A stretch of DNA of 32,000 nt from Desulfocapsa sulfexigens DSM 10523 (GTDB lineage: Bacteria; Desulfobacterota; Desulfobulbia; Desulfobulbales; Desulfocapsaceae), in assembly GCF_000341395.1 (NCBI RefSeq), contig NC_020304.1, positions 2,850,001 through 2,882,000 on the forward strand. Direction: 5' to 3'. Both the position numbers and the translations under genes were made by a program. Under the pieces are notes generated by a model, which made no database searches, was not told the DNA's origin, and worked only from the letters and a program-made list of their open reading frames with translations. This document shows positions 8,349-17,199 of the stretch, piece after piece. The number at the start of each line of letters is the position of its first letter. The stretch's first letter is position 1.

Positions 8349-8861
8349 ATGGAAATTCTACTTGCCGATAGTGCTGCAAAGAAAAACAGTCTTACTGTGA
8401 AAGAATTGATTCAATTTTCAGATATTGAACCTGAATTGAATGCTGAAGTAGTTGCCAAGTTTCTGGTTAGTCAACGGGAGGGAAACATATACAGTCTGGA
8501 TGGCAGTCTTATCGCTGCCGTTGTCACATGTTGTGATCGCTGTACCAATACGGTTGAACTTAACTTTGAGCAGGAGTTTTCTTATCAGCTGCGAGTAGAA
8601 GAAGAACCACAAATGGCAGCTGAGTATGGCTTTGGCGAAGAAGACTGTGATGTTGTATATCTCAAGGAGTCCGTTGTTGAAAGTGGAGATATCCTGAGAG
8701 AACAGCTGTTACTAGCCCTGCCAACTACTTGTTTATGTAGTGATACATGTAAGGGCTTATGTGATCGTTGTGGGATCAATTTGAATGAAAAGCAATGCAA
8801 GTGTAAGGAGACTAATGAAGATTCTCCTTTTGCTATATTAAAAAAATTACAGAAAAATTAG
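8349..8861 (+). CDS. yceD: YceD/DUF177 family protein (large-subunit rRNA accumulation protein)
   Basis: Cys motifs CDRC...C...CKGLCDRCGINLN..C.C are typical of DUF177. The gene sits at the conserved position directly upstream of rpmF-plsX. Confidence 0.8.
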   Translation: MEILLADSAAKKNSLTVKELIQFSDIEPELNAEVVAKFLVSQREGNIYSLDGSLIAAVVTCCDRCTNTVELNFEQEFSYQLRVEEEPQMAAEYGFGEEDCDVVYLKESVVESGDILREQLLLALPTTCLCSDTCKGLCDRCGINLNEKQCKCKETNEDSPFAILKKLQKN

Positions 8862-8907
8862 ACAATTCGTGTCGCTGATGCGGCATTGTATTATTGGAGG
8901 ATATATC

Positions 8908-9096
8908 ATGGCTCTGCCCAAAAGAAGACATTCCCGTTCCCGTACTAGAAAAAGAAGATCCCACGATGCTTTGACCGCACCAGGACTCAACAAGTGTTCA
9001 GAATGTGGTGAGGCTAAAATGCCCCATCGCATCTGCCCAAGTTGTGGTATGTATAAGGGTCGTTCCGTTTATAGTCTGGATGCCGAAATAGAGTAG
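8908..9096 (+). CDS. rpmF: 50S ribosomal protein L32
   Basis: MALPKRRHSRSRTRKRRSHD plus a zinc ribbon CSECG...CPSCG. GGAGG at 8896-8900 precedes ATG 8908. The track ORF begins further upstream at 8869. Confidence 0.92.
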   Translation: MALPKRRHSRSRTRKRRSHDALTAPGLNKCSECGEAKMPHRICPSCGMYKGRSVYSLDAEIE

Positions 9097-9106
9097 GCTG
9101 TATATC

Positions 9107-10126
9107 ATGCGCATTGCCTTGGATGCCATGGGGGGTGACCATGGACCTGATGAGCAGATAGCCGGGGCAATACAGGCTTTAGAAGAATCTGATCTAAAGC
9201 TGACTCTGGTCGGGGATGAGATTGCCATTCAGGCCTGTCTTGATCGGATGGCTCCGGCCGATGATGTCCTTTCCAGATTACAGGTCGTACACACTTCCGA
9301 AATGGTTGAGATGGGAGAGTCCCCAGTCGATGCCATCAGGAAAAAGAAAAACTCTTCTGTTATGCTTGCCTTTGATCTAGTAAAGAAAGGTGAAGCTGAT
9401 GCTGCAGTCAGTGCTGGAAATTCTGGTGCCACCATGGCTGCAGCCATTCGTAAGCTCGGGCGCATAGAGAATGTGTCCCGCCCTGGTATAGCCAGCGCTT
9501 TTCCCACCCTCAAGAAACCTGTAGTGATGATGGATGTTGGTGCCAATGTGGACTGTCGGCCGCATCATTTGTTTCAATTCGCCCTCATGGCTGCCGCTTT
9601 TTCCCGTGTTTTTGAAATCAAGTCTCCTCGAGTGGGGATTTTAAGTATAGGTGCGGAAACAGGGAAGGGGAATATCCTTGTAAAAGAAACCCATACTTTA
9701 CTTGCTAACAGTTCCCTGAATTTCATTGGCAATGTCGAAGGGCGGGATATCTTCCAGGGTAATGTCGACGTGATTGTTTGCGATGGCTTTGTAGGAAATG
9801 TTTGTCTGAAAGTCAGTGAAGGCCTTATTGAAGCTGCCACCGAGACGCTACGTGAAGGTATCATGAACTCCATGAAGGCTAAGTTCGGTTATTTTCTTGC
9901 AAAACCCGTTTTCCTGAAATTTAAAAAGCGTATGGATTATGCTGAGTACGGTGGAGCACCACTGCTTGGGATAAATGGGACTGGAATTATCTGTCATGGA
10001 AAATCTAACGCGGTTGCCATTAAAAATGCAATTCTTGAAGCTGCCAAAATTGTTGAGATAAAGGTAAACGAAAAAATTGTAGCGAGCCTTGCCGAACATC
10101 CTGAACCTTTGGCGGAGAAGAAATAA
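9107..10126 (+). CDS. plsX: phosphate acyltransferase PlsX
   Basis: MRIALDAMGGDHGP N-terminus and GFVGNV motif; 339 aa; canonical position after rpmF. Confidence 0.92.
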   Translation: MRIALDAMGGDHGPDEQIAGAIQALEESDLKLTLVGDEIAIQACLDRMAPADDVLSRLQVVHTSEMVEMGESPVDAIRKKKNSSVMLAFDLVKKGEADAAVSAGNSGATMAAAIRKLGRIENVSRPGIASAFPTLKKPVVMMDVGANVDCRPHHLFQFALMAAAFSRVFEIKSPRVGILSIGAETGKGNILVKETHTLLANSSLNFIGNVEGRDIFQGNVDVIVCDGFVGNVCLKVSEGLIEAATETLREGIMNSMKAKFGYFLAKPVFLKFKKRMDYAEYGGAPLLGINGTGIICHGKSNAVAIKNAILEAAKIVEIKVNEKIVASLAEHPEPLAEKK

Positions 10127-11100
10127 TGGGTGCGGTTATTCTTGGGACCGGTTCTTGCCTCCCTGAACGGGTTGTTTCGAATCATGATCTTGAACAATTG
10201 GTTGAGACCAGTGATGAGTGGATTGTGAGTCGAACCGGTATCTCGACTCGACGTATCAGCGGCAAAGGTGAAAATACTTTTCAACTTGCAACGTCGGCAG
10301 CAAAAAAGGCCATGGATATGGCCAAGGTCACAGCAGATGATATTGATCTCATAATTGTTGCAACCATGAGTTCACATATGCTTATGCCCTCCTGTGCATG
10401 TTTTGTTCAAAAGGAACTTGGTGCCCAAAAGGCTTATGCCTATGATGTGAATGCAGCTTGTTCCGGTTTTCTTTTTGCACTTGATAACGGTGACAAACAT
10501 CTCCGTGTTGAGCGGCAGCAAAAAATTCTCATAATTGGAACAGAGACGCTGTCAAGTCGAACAAACTGGAAAGACAGAAATACCTGTATTTTGTTTGGCG
10601 ATGGTGCTGGTGCCGTAGTCCTTGAGTATCAAGATGAAAATCGTGGTATTGTTGCATCAAGCCTTTTTTCCGACGGTACGCTCTGGAATCTTCTTTATAT
10701 GCACACTGCTCCCTCTTGTAATCCAGAAATTGAGCAAGCTGACAATCCTGGGGCTCATATCCTGATGGAGGGAAGGGAAGTTTTTAAATATGCCGTCAAG
10801 GCCATGCAGGGTGCAATAGAAAATCTGCTTGTACGGGAACAGATAGATCTTGACGCCATAGACGTAATGATTCCTCATCAGGCAAACATCAGAATACTGA
10901 AAAAACTGGTCTCCCGCCTTGGTATAAAAAAAGAAAAAGTGTTCATAAACGTGCAGAAATATGGTAATACATCAGCGGCTTCCATCCCGATTGCTCTTGA
11001 CGAGGCAAATCGTGAAGGACGTTTGAAACGTGGTGATTTGCTTTTAGTTTGTTCCTTCGGTGGTGGGTTTACATGGGGAGCATCTTTGATTAGGTGGTAA
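10126..11100 (+). CDS. fabH: 3-oxoacyl-ACP synthase III (FabH)
   Basis: The Cys-His-Asn triad contexts are NAACSGFLFAL, PHQANIRIL and GNTSAASIP. SDEWIVSRTGI is also present. Length is 324 aa. Confidence 0.92.
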   Translation: MGAVILGTGSCLPERVVSNHDLEQLVETSDEWIVSRTGISTRRISGKGENTFQLATSAAKKAMDMAKVTADDIDLIIVATMSSHMLMPSCACFVQKELGAQKAYAYDVNAACSGFLFALDNGDKHLRVERQQKILIIGTETLSSRTNWKDRNTCILFGDGAGAVVLEYQDENRGIVASSLFSDGTLWNLLYMHTAPSCNPEIEQADNPGAHILMEGREVFKYAVKAMQGAIENLLVREQIDLDAIDVMIPHQANIRILKKLVSRLGIKKEKVFINVQKYGNTSAASIPIALDEANREGRLKRGDLLLVCSFGGGFTWGASLIRW

Positions 11101-11112
11101 AGAGGAGAGACG

Positions 11113-12267
11113 ATGGATTATTTTCTTACAGAAGAACAAAGCATGATTGTGGATATTGCCAGGCAGATAACAGACGAGCAGATCATTCCAAAGCGTGCAG
11201 AGCTTGATGAAAAAGATGAGTTTCCTCGTGAGATTCTCGAAAGTATGGGACAGGCAGATCTTTTCGGGGTGCCGATTCCTGAAGAGTATGGTGGTTTTGG
11301 TGGAGGATGTTTCGATATTGTCTTAGCTCTGGAACAGCTCGGTCGTGGCTGTATAGGTGTCGCAACTGCTTTTGCAGCAAGCGCCCTTGGAATTTATCCA
11401 ATTATGATTTCTGGATCTGAGGAAATGAAACAAAAGTATCTTCCCTCAGTTGCCGCTGGTAAGAAATTCGCAGCATTTGGCCTTACGGAGGCCAATGCCG
11501 GGTCAGATGCCTCTGGAATCCAGACCACTGCAACCCTGGATGGTGATGAGTGGGTTATTAATGGAACCAAACAGTGGATTACTAATGGTGGTGAAGCCCA
11601 GATATATACAGTTGTAGCTATCACTGACAGGTCAAAAGGTGCCCGTGGTGCTTCGATGTTTGTTGTGGAGGAAGGTGATCCTGGCTTTACCTGTGGGCCT
11701 AAAGAAAAAAAGATGGGGATTCGTGCCTCGTCCACCACGGAATTGATTTTTAAAGATTGCAGAATTCCCAAAGACAGACTTATTGGGCGTTTGGGAACCG
11801 GGTTTATCACCGTGATGAAGACTCTTGATTCATCCCGTCCAGGTATTGCAGCACTTGGACTTGGTATTGGACAGGCTTGCATTGATGAGGCAACATCCTA
11901 TGCCAAACAGAGAATTCAGTTTGATAAACCTATTATTGGATTCCAGGCGATTCAGCATATTCTGGCAGATATGGCCATTCAGTTGGAGGCTTCAAGAGCA
12001 CTTGTCTATGCATCCGCCAAGCATATTGATGCGCACCCCAAGGATATGTCAAAAGTTTCCTCCATGTGCAAAGTCATGGCGACCGATATGGCTATGAAGG
12101 TGAGTACCGATGCTGTACAGGTTATGGGAGGCTATGGTTATATGCGTGAATATCCTGTTGAGAAAATGATGCGTGATGCCAAGATTCTCCAGATTTATGA
12201 AGGAACAAATCAGGTACAGCGTAATGTGATTGGTCAGGAACTAAATAAGGAATACTCGCGTAAATAG
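11113..12267 (+). CDS. acyl-CoA dehydrogenase family flavoprotein (short-chain/butyryl-CoA dehydrogenase-like)
   Basis: GLTEANAGSDASG and WITNGG motifs are present. The C-terminal QIYEGTNQVQR carries the ACAD catalytic Glu. GAGGAG SD lies 5 nt before the ATG, 12 nt after the fabH stop. Confidence 0.88.
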   Translation: MDYFLTEEQSMIVDIARQITDEQIIPKRAELDEKDEFPREILESMGQADLFGVPIPEEYGGFGGGCFDIVLALEQLGRGCIGVATAFAASALGIYPIMISGSEEMKQKYLPSVAAGKKFAAFGLTEANAGSDASGIQTTATLDGDEWVINGTKQWITNGGEAQIYTVVAITDRSKGARGASMFVVEEGDPGFTCGPKEKKMGIRASSTTELIFKDCRIPKDRLIGRLGTGFITVMKTLDSSRPGIAALGLGIGQACIDEATSYAKQRIQFDKPIIGFQAIQHILADMAIQLEASRALVYASAKHIDAHPKDMSKVSSMCKVMATDMAMKVSTDAVQVMGGYGYMREYPVEKMMRDAKILQIYEGTNQVQRNVIGQELNKEYSRK

Positions 12268-12285
12268 CAAACAGAGTTAACTACT

Positions 12286-13065
12286 ATGAAGATTGTTGTC
12301 TGTATCAAACAGGTGCCGGATGCCAAGGATGTACGTCTTGATCCGGTGACTAATACGCTGGCAAGAGAAGGGGTTCAGTCCATTATGAATCCCTATGATC
12401 AGCACGCTGTTGAGGAAGCAGTCCACCTGAAAGAAAAACTTGGTGGTACTGTAACTGTGTTGAGCATGGGACCGCCCCAGGCTGAAGAGGTTCTTAGACA
12501 GGCTATTTCCTGTGGTGCTGATCATGCAGTACTGGTCTCCGATCGAGCATTTGCAGGGGCCGATACCTGGGCTACTTCTTACACCCTTGCTAAGGCGGTT
12601 CAAAAGATTGGTGACTTTGATCTGATCCTCTGCGGAAAGCAGGCGATAGATGGTGATACTGCTCAGGTTGGACCAGGCCTTGCCATTCAACTCGACATTC
12701 CATTTGTTACCTGTATTCAGAAAATTCGTGAGGCAACGGATACAGAGCTTGTTATGGAACGGATGATGGATGATGGGTATGATGTGTTGGCCGTTGACTA
12801 TCCTGTTCTACTTACCGTTGTGAAGGATATTAATACTCCACGTGTGCCTTCATTGAAGGGCAAGATGAAAGCGAAAAAGGCGGAAATCCTCGTCCTGTCT
12901 GCCGCAGATGTCGGTGCTGATCCGAAAAAAATTGGTTTAGCAGGATCACCGACTCAGGTTGTTGATGTGTTCCCGCCACCTCCGCGTGGAGAGAGAGCTC
13001 TTTTGACCGGTTCCATTGATGACCAGGTTGAACAACTGGTTGAAAGACTGGCTGTCTACCTATAA
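12286..13065 (+). CDS. etfB: electron transfer flavoprotein beta subunit (EtfB)
   Basis: MKIVVCIKQVPD N-terminus and LILCGKQAIDGDTAQVGP motif; 259 aa. Confidence 0.9.
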   Translation: MKIVVCIKQVPDAKDVRLDPVTNTLAREGVQSIMNPYDQHAVEEAVHLKEKLGGTVTVLSMGPPQAEEVLRQAISCGADHAVLVSDRAFAGADTWATSYTLAKAVQKIGDFDLILCGKQAIDGDTAQVGPGLAIQLDIPFVTCIQKIREATDTELVMERMMDDGYDVLAVDYPVLLTVVKDINTPRVPSLKGKMKAKKAEILVLSAADVGADPKKIGLAGSPTQVVDVFPPPPRGERALLTGSIDDQVEQLVERLAVYL

Positions 13066-13088
13066 AGAGACTGGAGAAAGAGAAAACT

Positions 13089-14282
13089 ATGCTGATTGTT
13101 GATAAAGAACGGTGTACCGGTTGTGGTGTCTGTGAAGCTAATTGTGCTTTTGGGGCCATTGAAGTTGTTGATGGTATAGCCGTTGTCGGTGATGCCTGTA
13201 CTCTTTGTGGAGCCTGTGTAGAGAGTTGTGAGTTTGACGCCTTAACGATAGAGGGTGCTGAAAAAAGTGTTCAGATGGATCTGGAAAGCTGGAGCGGCAT
13301 CTGGGTTTACTGTGAATTCAGGGGTGGTAATTTAGCAACTGTTGCCTTGGAACTTCTGGGTGTCGGTCGAACACTTGCTGATGCCAGAGGTGTCAAATTG
13401 GTTGCAGTGTTGATTGGTTCCGAAACAGGTGACAGCGCTGAAAAGTTAATCGGCCACGGCGCTGATATTGTCTATCGTGCAGATGATCCTGCGCTCCACT
13501 ATTTTACCGATGAAGCATATGGGGCCATTCTTACAGAATTAATACGTAAGAAAAAACCGGAAGTAGTTCTTGCAGGTGCCACTGCTATTGGTCGTTCATT
13601 TTTTCCAGGTGTTGCAAATGCTCTTGGGGCCGGGCTTACTGCGGACTGTACTCAACTGGCAATACGCGCTGGTGACGGTGCGTTGCTGCAGACACGGCCA
13701 GCCTTTGGAGGCAACATCATGGCAACCATTGAATGCCCAGGCTCGAGACCACAGATGTCCACTGTACGGCCCAATGTGATGAAACAGCTTGAGTTTGATC
13801 CAAGTCGTAGTGGTGAGATTATAGATATAGATCTTGCTCCAGCCATGCTCAAGTCAAAAGTCAGGGTGTTGGAATCCGTTGTCTCTGATTCTGATGATGT
13901 CAATATTCAGGAATCTGATATTCTGGTCGGGGGTGGACGAGGACTTGATACTGAGAAAGGCTTTACCCTTATCCGTGAACTCGCCAGAAGTCTCGATGGT
14001 TCTGTTTCTGCAAGCCGTGCAGTTGTTGATGCCGGATGGATAGGATATCCTCACCAGGTTGGGCAGACCGGGAAAACAGTTGCTCCCAAGTTGTATATTG
14101 CCTGTGGTATTTCCGGGGCAATTCAGCATGTTGCCGGAATGCAATCATCTGAGACTATTGTTGCTATTAATCGTGATGAGAATGCTCCGATATTTAACGT
14201 TGCTGACTTTGGCATAGTGGGTGATCTGTTTGAGGTTTTACCTAAACTTATCAGTAAAATTGAGGAACATCGAAAATCATGA
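13089..14282 (+). CDS. etfA: electron transfer flavoprotein alpha subunit with N-terminal 2x[4Fe-4S] ferredoxin domain (Fd-EtfA)
   Basis: Two CxxCxxCxxxC motifs in the first ~55 aa (CTGCGVCEANC and CTLCGACVESC). The EtfA FAD block is PKLYIACGISGAIQHVAGM. The stop overlaps the fabG start (ATGA at 14279-14282). Confidence 0.88.
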   Translation: MLIVDKERCTGCGVCEANCAFGAIEVVDGIAVVGDACTLCGACVESCEFDALTIEGAEKSVQMDLESWSGIWVYCEFRGGNLATVALELLGVGRTLADARGVKLVAVLIGSETGDSAEKLIGHGADIVYRADDPALHYFTDEAYGAILTELIRKKKPEVVLAGATAIGRSFFPGVANALGAGLTADCTQLAIRAGDGALLQTRPAFGGNIMATIECPGSRPQMSTVRPNVMKQLEFDPSRSGEIIDIDLAPAMLKSKVRVLESVVSDSDDVNIQESDILVGGGRGLDTEKGFTLIRELARSLDGSVSASRAVVDAGWIGYPHQVGQTGKTVAPKLYIACGISGAIQHVAGMQSSETIVAINRDENAPIFNVADFGIVGDLFEVLPKLISKIEEHRKS

Positions 14283-15022
14283 GTCTGAAGGGGAAAAATG
14301 CATTGGTCACCGGTGGGAGCAGAGGAATTGGTCGTGCGATCTGTATTCGTCTTGCTGCCATGGGAGCCCATGTGTATATAAACTATGTGTCCAATCCCGA
14401 CGCTGCCAGTGAAACCCGAAAAATTATCATTGACGCAGGAGGGAGCGCTGATATCCTTGCGTTTAATGTTGGGGAGAGTACCCAGGCTCAGGATGCAATA
14501 CAAAGTTTAATAAAAGAAGCCGGGTCTCTCGATATACTTGTAAATAATGCAGGGATTACCCGGGATGGCTTGATGGCCAGAATGAAAGAAGAAGATTGGG
14601 ACGCCGTTCTTGATATCAATCTTAAAGGTTCTTTTATCTGTTCAAAGGCAGCGGCACGTTCCATGATGAAAAAAAGATGGGGACGGATTGTCAATATTTC
14701 TTCAGTCATAGGTTTTGCCGGAAATGCCGGACAGGTTAACTATGCAGCAGCCAAGGCTGGAATGCAAGGTCTGACTAAATCAATGGCACGTGAGTTTGCT
14801 GGACGGAATATTACGGTTAATGCGGTTGCCCCCGGGTATATCAGTACCGATATGACCCGTGACCTCCCTGAAGCAATACAGGAAAAAATTAAAAATCAAA
14901 TTCCCCTGGCAAGTCTTGGCAGTCCTCAAGATGTTGCTGGAGCAGTTGCGTATCTTGTCAGTGATGATGGGGCGTATGTCACAGGAAATACAATTCATGT
15001 GAATGGTGGAATGTATATGTGA
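14279..15022 (+). CDS. fabG: 3-oxoacyl-ACP reductase FabG
   Basis: LVTGGSRGIGRAI Rossmann motif, NNAGI, and the YAAAKAG catalytic Tyr/Lys; 247 aa. Confidence 0.92.
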   Translation: MSLKGKNALVTGGSRGIGRAICIRLAAMGAHVYINYVSNPDAASETRKIIIDAGGSADILAFNVGESTQAQDAIQSLIKEAGSLDILVNNAGITRDGLMARMKEEDWDAVLDINLKGSFICSKAAARSMMKKRWGRIVNISSVIGFAGNAGQVNYAAAKAGMQGLTKSMAREFAGRNITVNAVAPGYISTDMTRDLPEAIQEKIKNQIPLASLGSPQDVAGAVAYLVSDDGAYVTGNTIHVNGGMYM

Positions 15023-15123
15023 TTTACAGTTTCCTCTGAGTTTGTTAATAGTGGTGTCTGTGACCGAATACCCGAAAAATTCGGGATTCATAAAAAATAG
15101 TAAAAAACATACAGGAGCAAAAA

Positions 15124-15354
15124 ATGGCAATTGAACAACAGATGGTTGATATTATCGTTGAGCAGTTGAGTGTTGATAAAGATAAAGTGGTTCCCGGTGC
15201 ATCATTTGTTGATGACCTTGGGGCCGATTCCCTCGATCTTGTTGAACTGATTATGGCAATGGAAGAAGAATTTGACGTCGAAATTCCCGACGAGGAAGCC
15301 GAAAAAATCGCTACTGTCCAGAATGCTATTGATTTTGTAAACAACTTGAAATAA
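15124..15354 (+). CDS. acpP: acyl carrier protein
   Basis: [20 protein letters not shown] contains the phosphopantetheine Ser in DSL; 76 aa. Confidence 0.95.
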   Translation: MAIEQQMVDIIVEQLSVDKDKVVPGASFVDDLGADSLDLVELIMAMEEEFDVEIPDEEAEKIATVQNAIDFVNNLK

Positions 15355-15401
15355 TTTTTTTCCGGGGTGCTTGGTGCTTCCTGGAACTCAAGAGGAATAC
15401 A

Positions 15402-16646
15402 ATGGCTAAGCGCAGAGTAGTTGTAACAGGCATTGGTTTGGTAACTCCTTTAGGAACTGGAAGGGATAAGACCTGGAAAAAGCTTCTTAACGGGGAAAGT
15501 GGTATAGGTCCGATTACTCGTTTCGATGCCTCCGGGTTTGCCTCGCAGATAGCTGCTGAGGTGTCCGATTTTGAGACCCTGGATCATTTTGATACAAAAA
15601 GTTCCAAACATCTTGATCTTTTTGTTCAATATGGCATCGTTGCTGCTCGTTCTGCCATTGAAGACAGCGGCGTGAATATTACTCCAGGTAATTGCAACAG
15701 GGTTGGGGTGATAACCGGCTGTGGCATGGGGGGGCTTGGGACGATTGAGAAGAACCACAGCGTTTATCTTGATCGCGGTTCAAAAAGGATATCACCATTC
15801 TTTATCCCAATGGCGATCCCTAATATGCCATCCGGGCATATATCTATGCAGATAGGCGCCAAAGGCCCTAACCTGTCATTGTCCACAGCCTGTGCTGCAG
15901 GGACTCATGCAGTTGGAGAAGCTTTCAGGTCCATTGTTTATGGAACTACTGATATTGTGGTAACCGGTGGGACTGAGTCTGTTATTTGTCCACTTGGGGT
16001 TGGTGGGTTCTCAGCTATGAAAGCTTTATCGACGAGAAACGATGACCCTACCAAGGCTTCACGTCCTTTTGATAAAGATCGTGATGGTTTTTTGATTGCT
16101 GAAGGTGCAGGCATGATTGTTCTTGAGGAATTGGAGCATGCACTTGCCAGAGGTGCTGATATTTATGCAGAAATGGTTGGTGCAGGAGCATCCAGTGATG
16201 CATATCACATCGCTGCTCCTCCTGAAGATGGCAACGGTGCAGCTCGCTGTATGGAAATGGCACTCCAGGATGCTGGTTTATTGCCATCTGATATTGATTA
16301 TATTAATGCCCATGGAACGTCTACTCCTTTGAATGATCGTTGTGAAACTGCTGCTATCAAAAGTGTTTTCGGTGACCATGCTGCAAAACTTGCCATTAGT
16401 TCAACAAAATCAATGACCGGACATGCTCTTGGCGCAGCTGGTGGTCTTGAGGCTGCGTTCCTTGCCATGACTATTAAGGATCAGATTGCTCCACCCACTA
16501 TTAACCTGGATAGTCCGAGCATTGAATGTGATCTGGACTACGTTCCGCATATCGCAAGAAAGATGGAAATTAGAGCTGCTATTTCCAATTCTTTTGGCTT
16601 TGGTGGAACCAATGGTGTTGTCGTTATGAAGCGTTTTGGTTCTTGA
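15402..16646 (+). CDS. fabF: 3-oxoacyl-ACP synthase II (FabF)
   Basis: RRVVVTGIGLVTPLG N-terminus, active-site Cys context STACAAG, and His motifs HGTSTP and GHALGAAG; 414 aa. Confidence 0.92.
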   Translation: MAKRRVVVTGIGLVTPLGTGRDKTWKKLLNGESGIGPITRFDASGFASQIAAEVSDFETLDHFDTKSSKHLDLFVQYGIVAARSAIEDSGVNITPGNCNRVGVITGCGMGGLGTIEKNHSVYLDRGSKRISPFFIPMAIPNMPSGHISMQIGAKGPNLSLSTACAAGTHAVGEAFRSIVYGTTDIVVTGGTESVICPLGVGGFSAMKALSTRNDDPTKASRPFDKDRDGFLIAEGAGMIVLEELEHALARGADIYAEMVGAGASSDAYHIAAPPEDGNGAARCMEMALQDAGLLPSDIDYINAHGTSTPLNDRCETAAIKSVFGDHAAKLAISSTKSMTGHALGAAGGLEAAFLAMTIKDQIAPPTINLDSPSIECDLDYVPHIARKMEIRAAISNSFGFGGTNGVVVMKRFGS

Positions 16647-16666
16647 TTTAGATAAAAGGGGACAGT

Positions 16667-17092
16667 GTGAGAGTAGCAATCGGTTCAGATCATGGTGGAT
16701 TTTCGTTAAAAGAAGTAATTATACCTCTCTTAAAGGAACTGGGCCACGAAGTTATTGATGTTGGTTGCCATGACGAGCAATCCGTTGATTATCCAGGTTT
16801 TGCTGATCTTGTCTGTGAACAGATCATGTCCTCTGAGGCCGATAAAGGTATCCTTATATGTGGGACAGGAATTGGTATGTCCATGGCTGCAAACAAACAT
16901 GAAGGTATCCGGGCCGCATTGTGCAGTGAGCAATACACAGCACGCATGAGTCGCGAACATAATGATGCAAATATTCTTTGCATGGGGGAACGTGTTACTG
17001 GTCCTGGAGTAGCGATGGAAATCGTTCGAACCTGGCTTGATACACCTTTTGGAGGTGGACGGCATCAGCGTCGTATAGAGTTGTTCAGTTAA
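16667..17092 (+). CDS. rpiB: ribose 5-phosphate isomerase B
   Basis: MRVAIGSDHGGFSLKE and ICGTGIGMSMAANK motifs; 141 aa; GTG start. Confidence 0.88.
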   Translation: MRVAIGSDHGGFSLKEVIIPLLKELGHEVIDVGCHDEQSVDYPGFADLVCEQIMSSEADKGILICGTGIGMSMAANKHEGIRAALCSEQYTARMSREHNDANILCMGERVTGPGVAMEIVRTWLDTPFGGGRHQRRIELFS

Positions 17093-17121
17093 AGTGATTT
17101 TATTAAAATCTACTGTTAAAG

Positions 17122-17153
17122 CCGGCTTACTTTCTTGGGTATGCCGGTTTTTT
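17122..17153 (+). terminator. rho-independent terminator after rpiB
   Basis: Stem ccggcttac (17122-17130) pairs with gtatgccgg (17139-17147) with one mismatch. The loop is 8 nt, followed by TTTTTT at 17148-17153. Confidence 0.7.
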
Positions 17154-17199
17154 CGTCTGTTTAGTGATAAACAGATACTATTTTCAATAAGAAGAGAGA

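Noticed and set aside
11394-12690. Antisense ORFs of 162 aa (11394..11882) and 137 aa (12277..12690) within the ACAD and etfB genes
   Set aside because: The sense frames carry unmistakable ACAD and EtfB motifs. The antisense products have no recognisable features, so they are typical shadow ORFs.
14773-14789. Sigma54-like TGGCACGTGAGTTTGCT
   Set aside because: The GG-to-GC spacing is one nucleotide longer than the -24/-12 consensus. The site also lies inside the fabG coding sequence, with the next gene more than 330 nt away.
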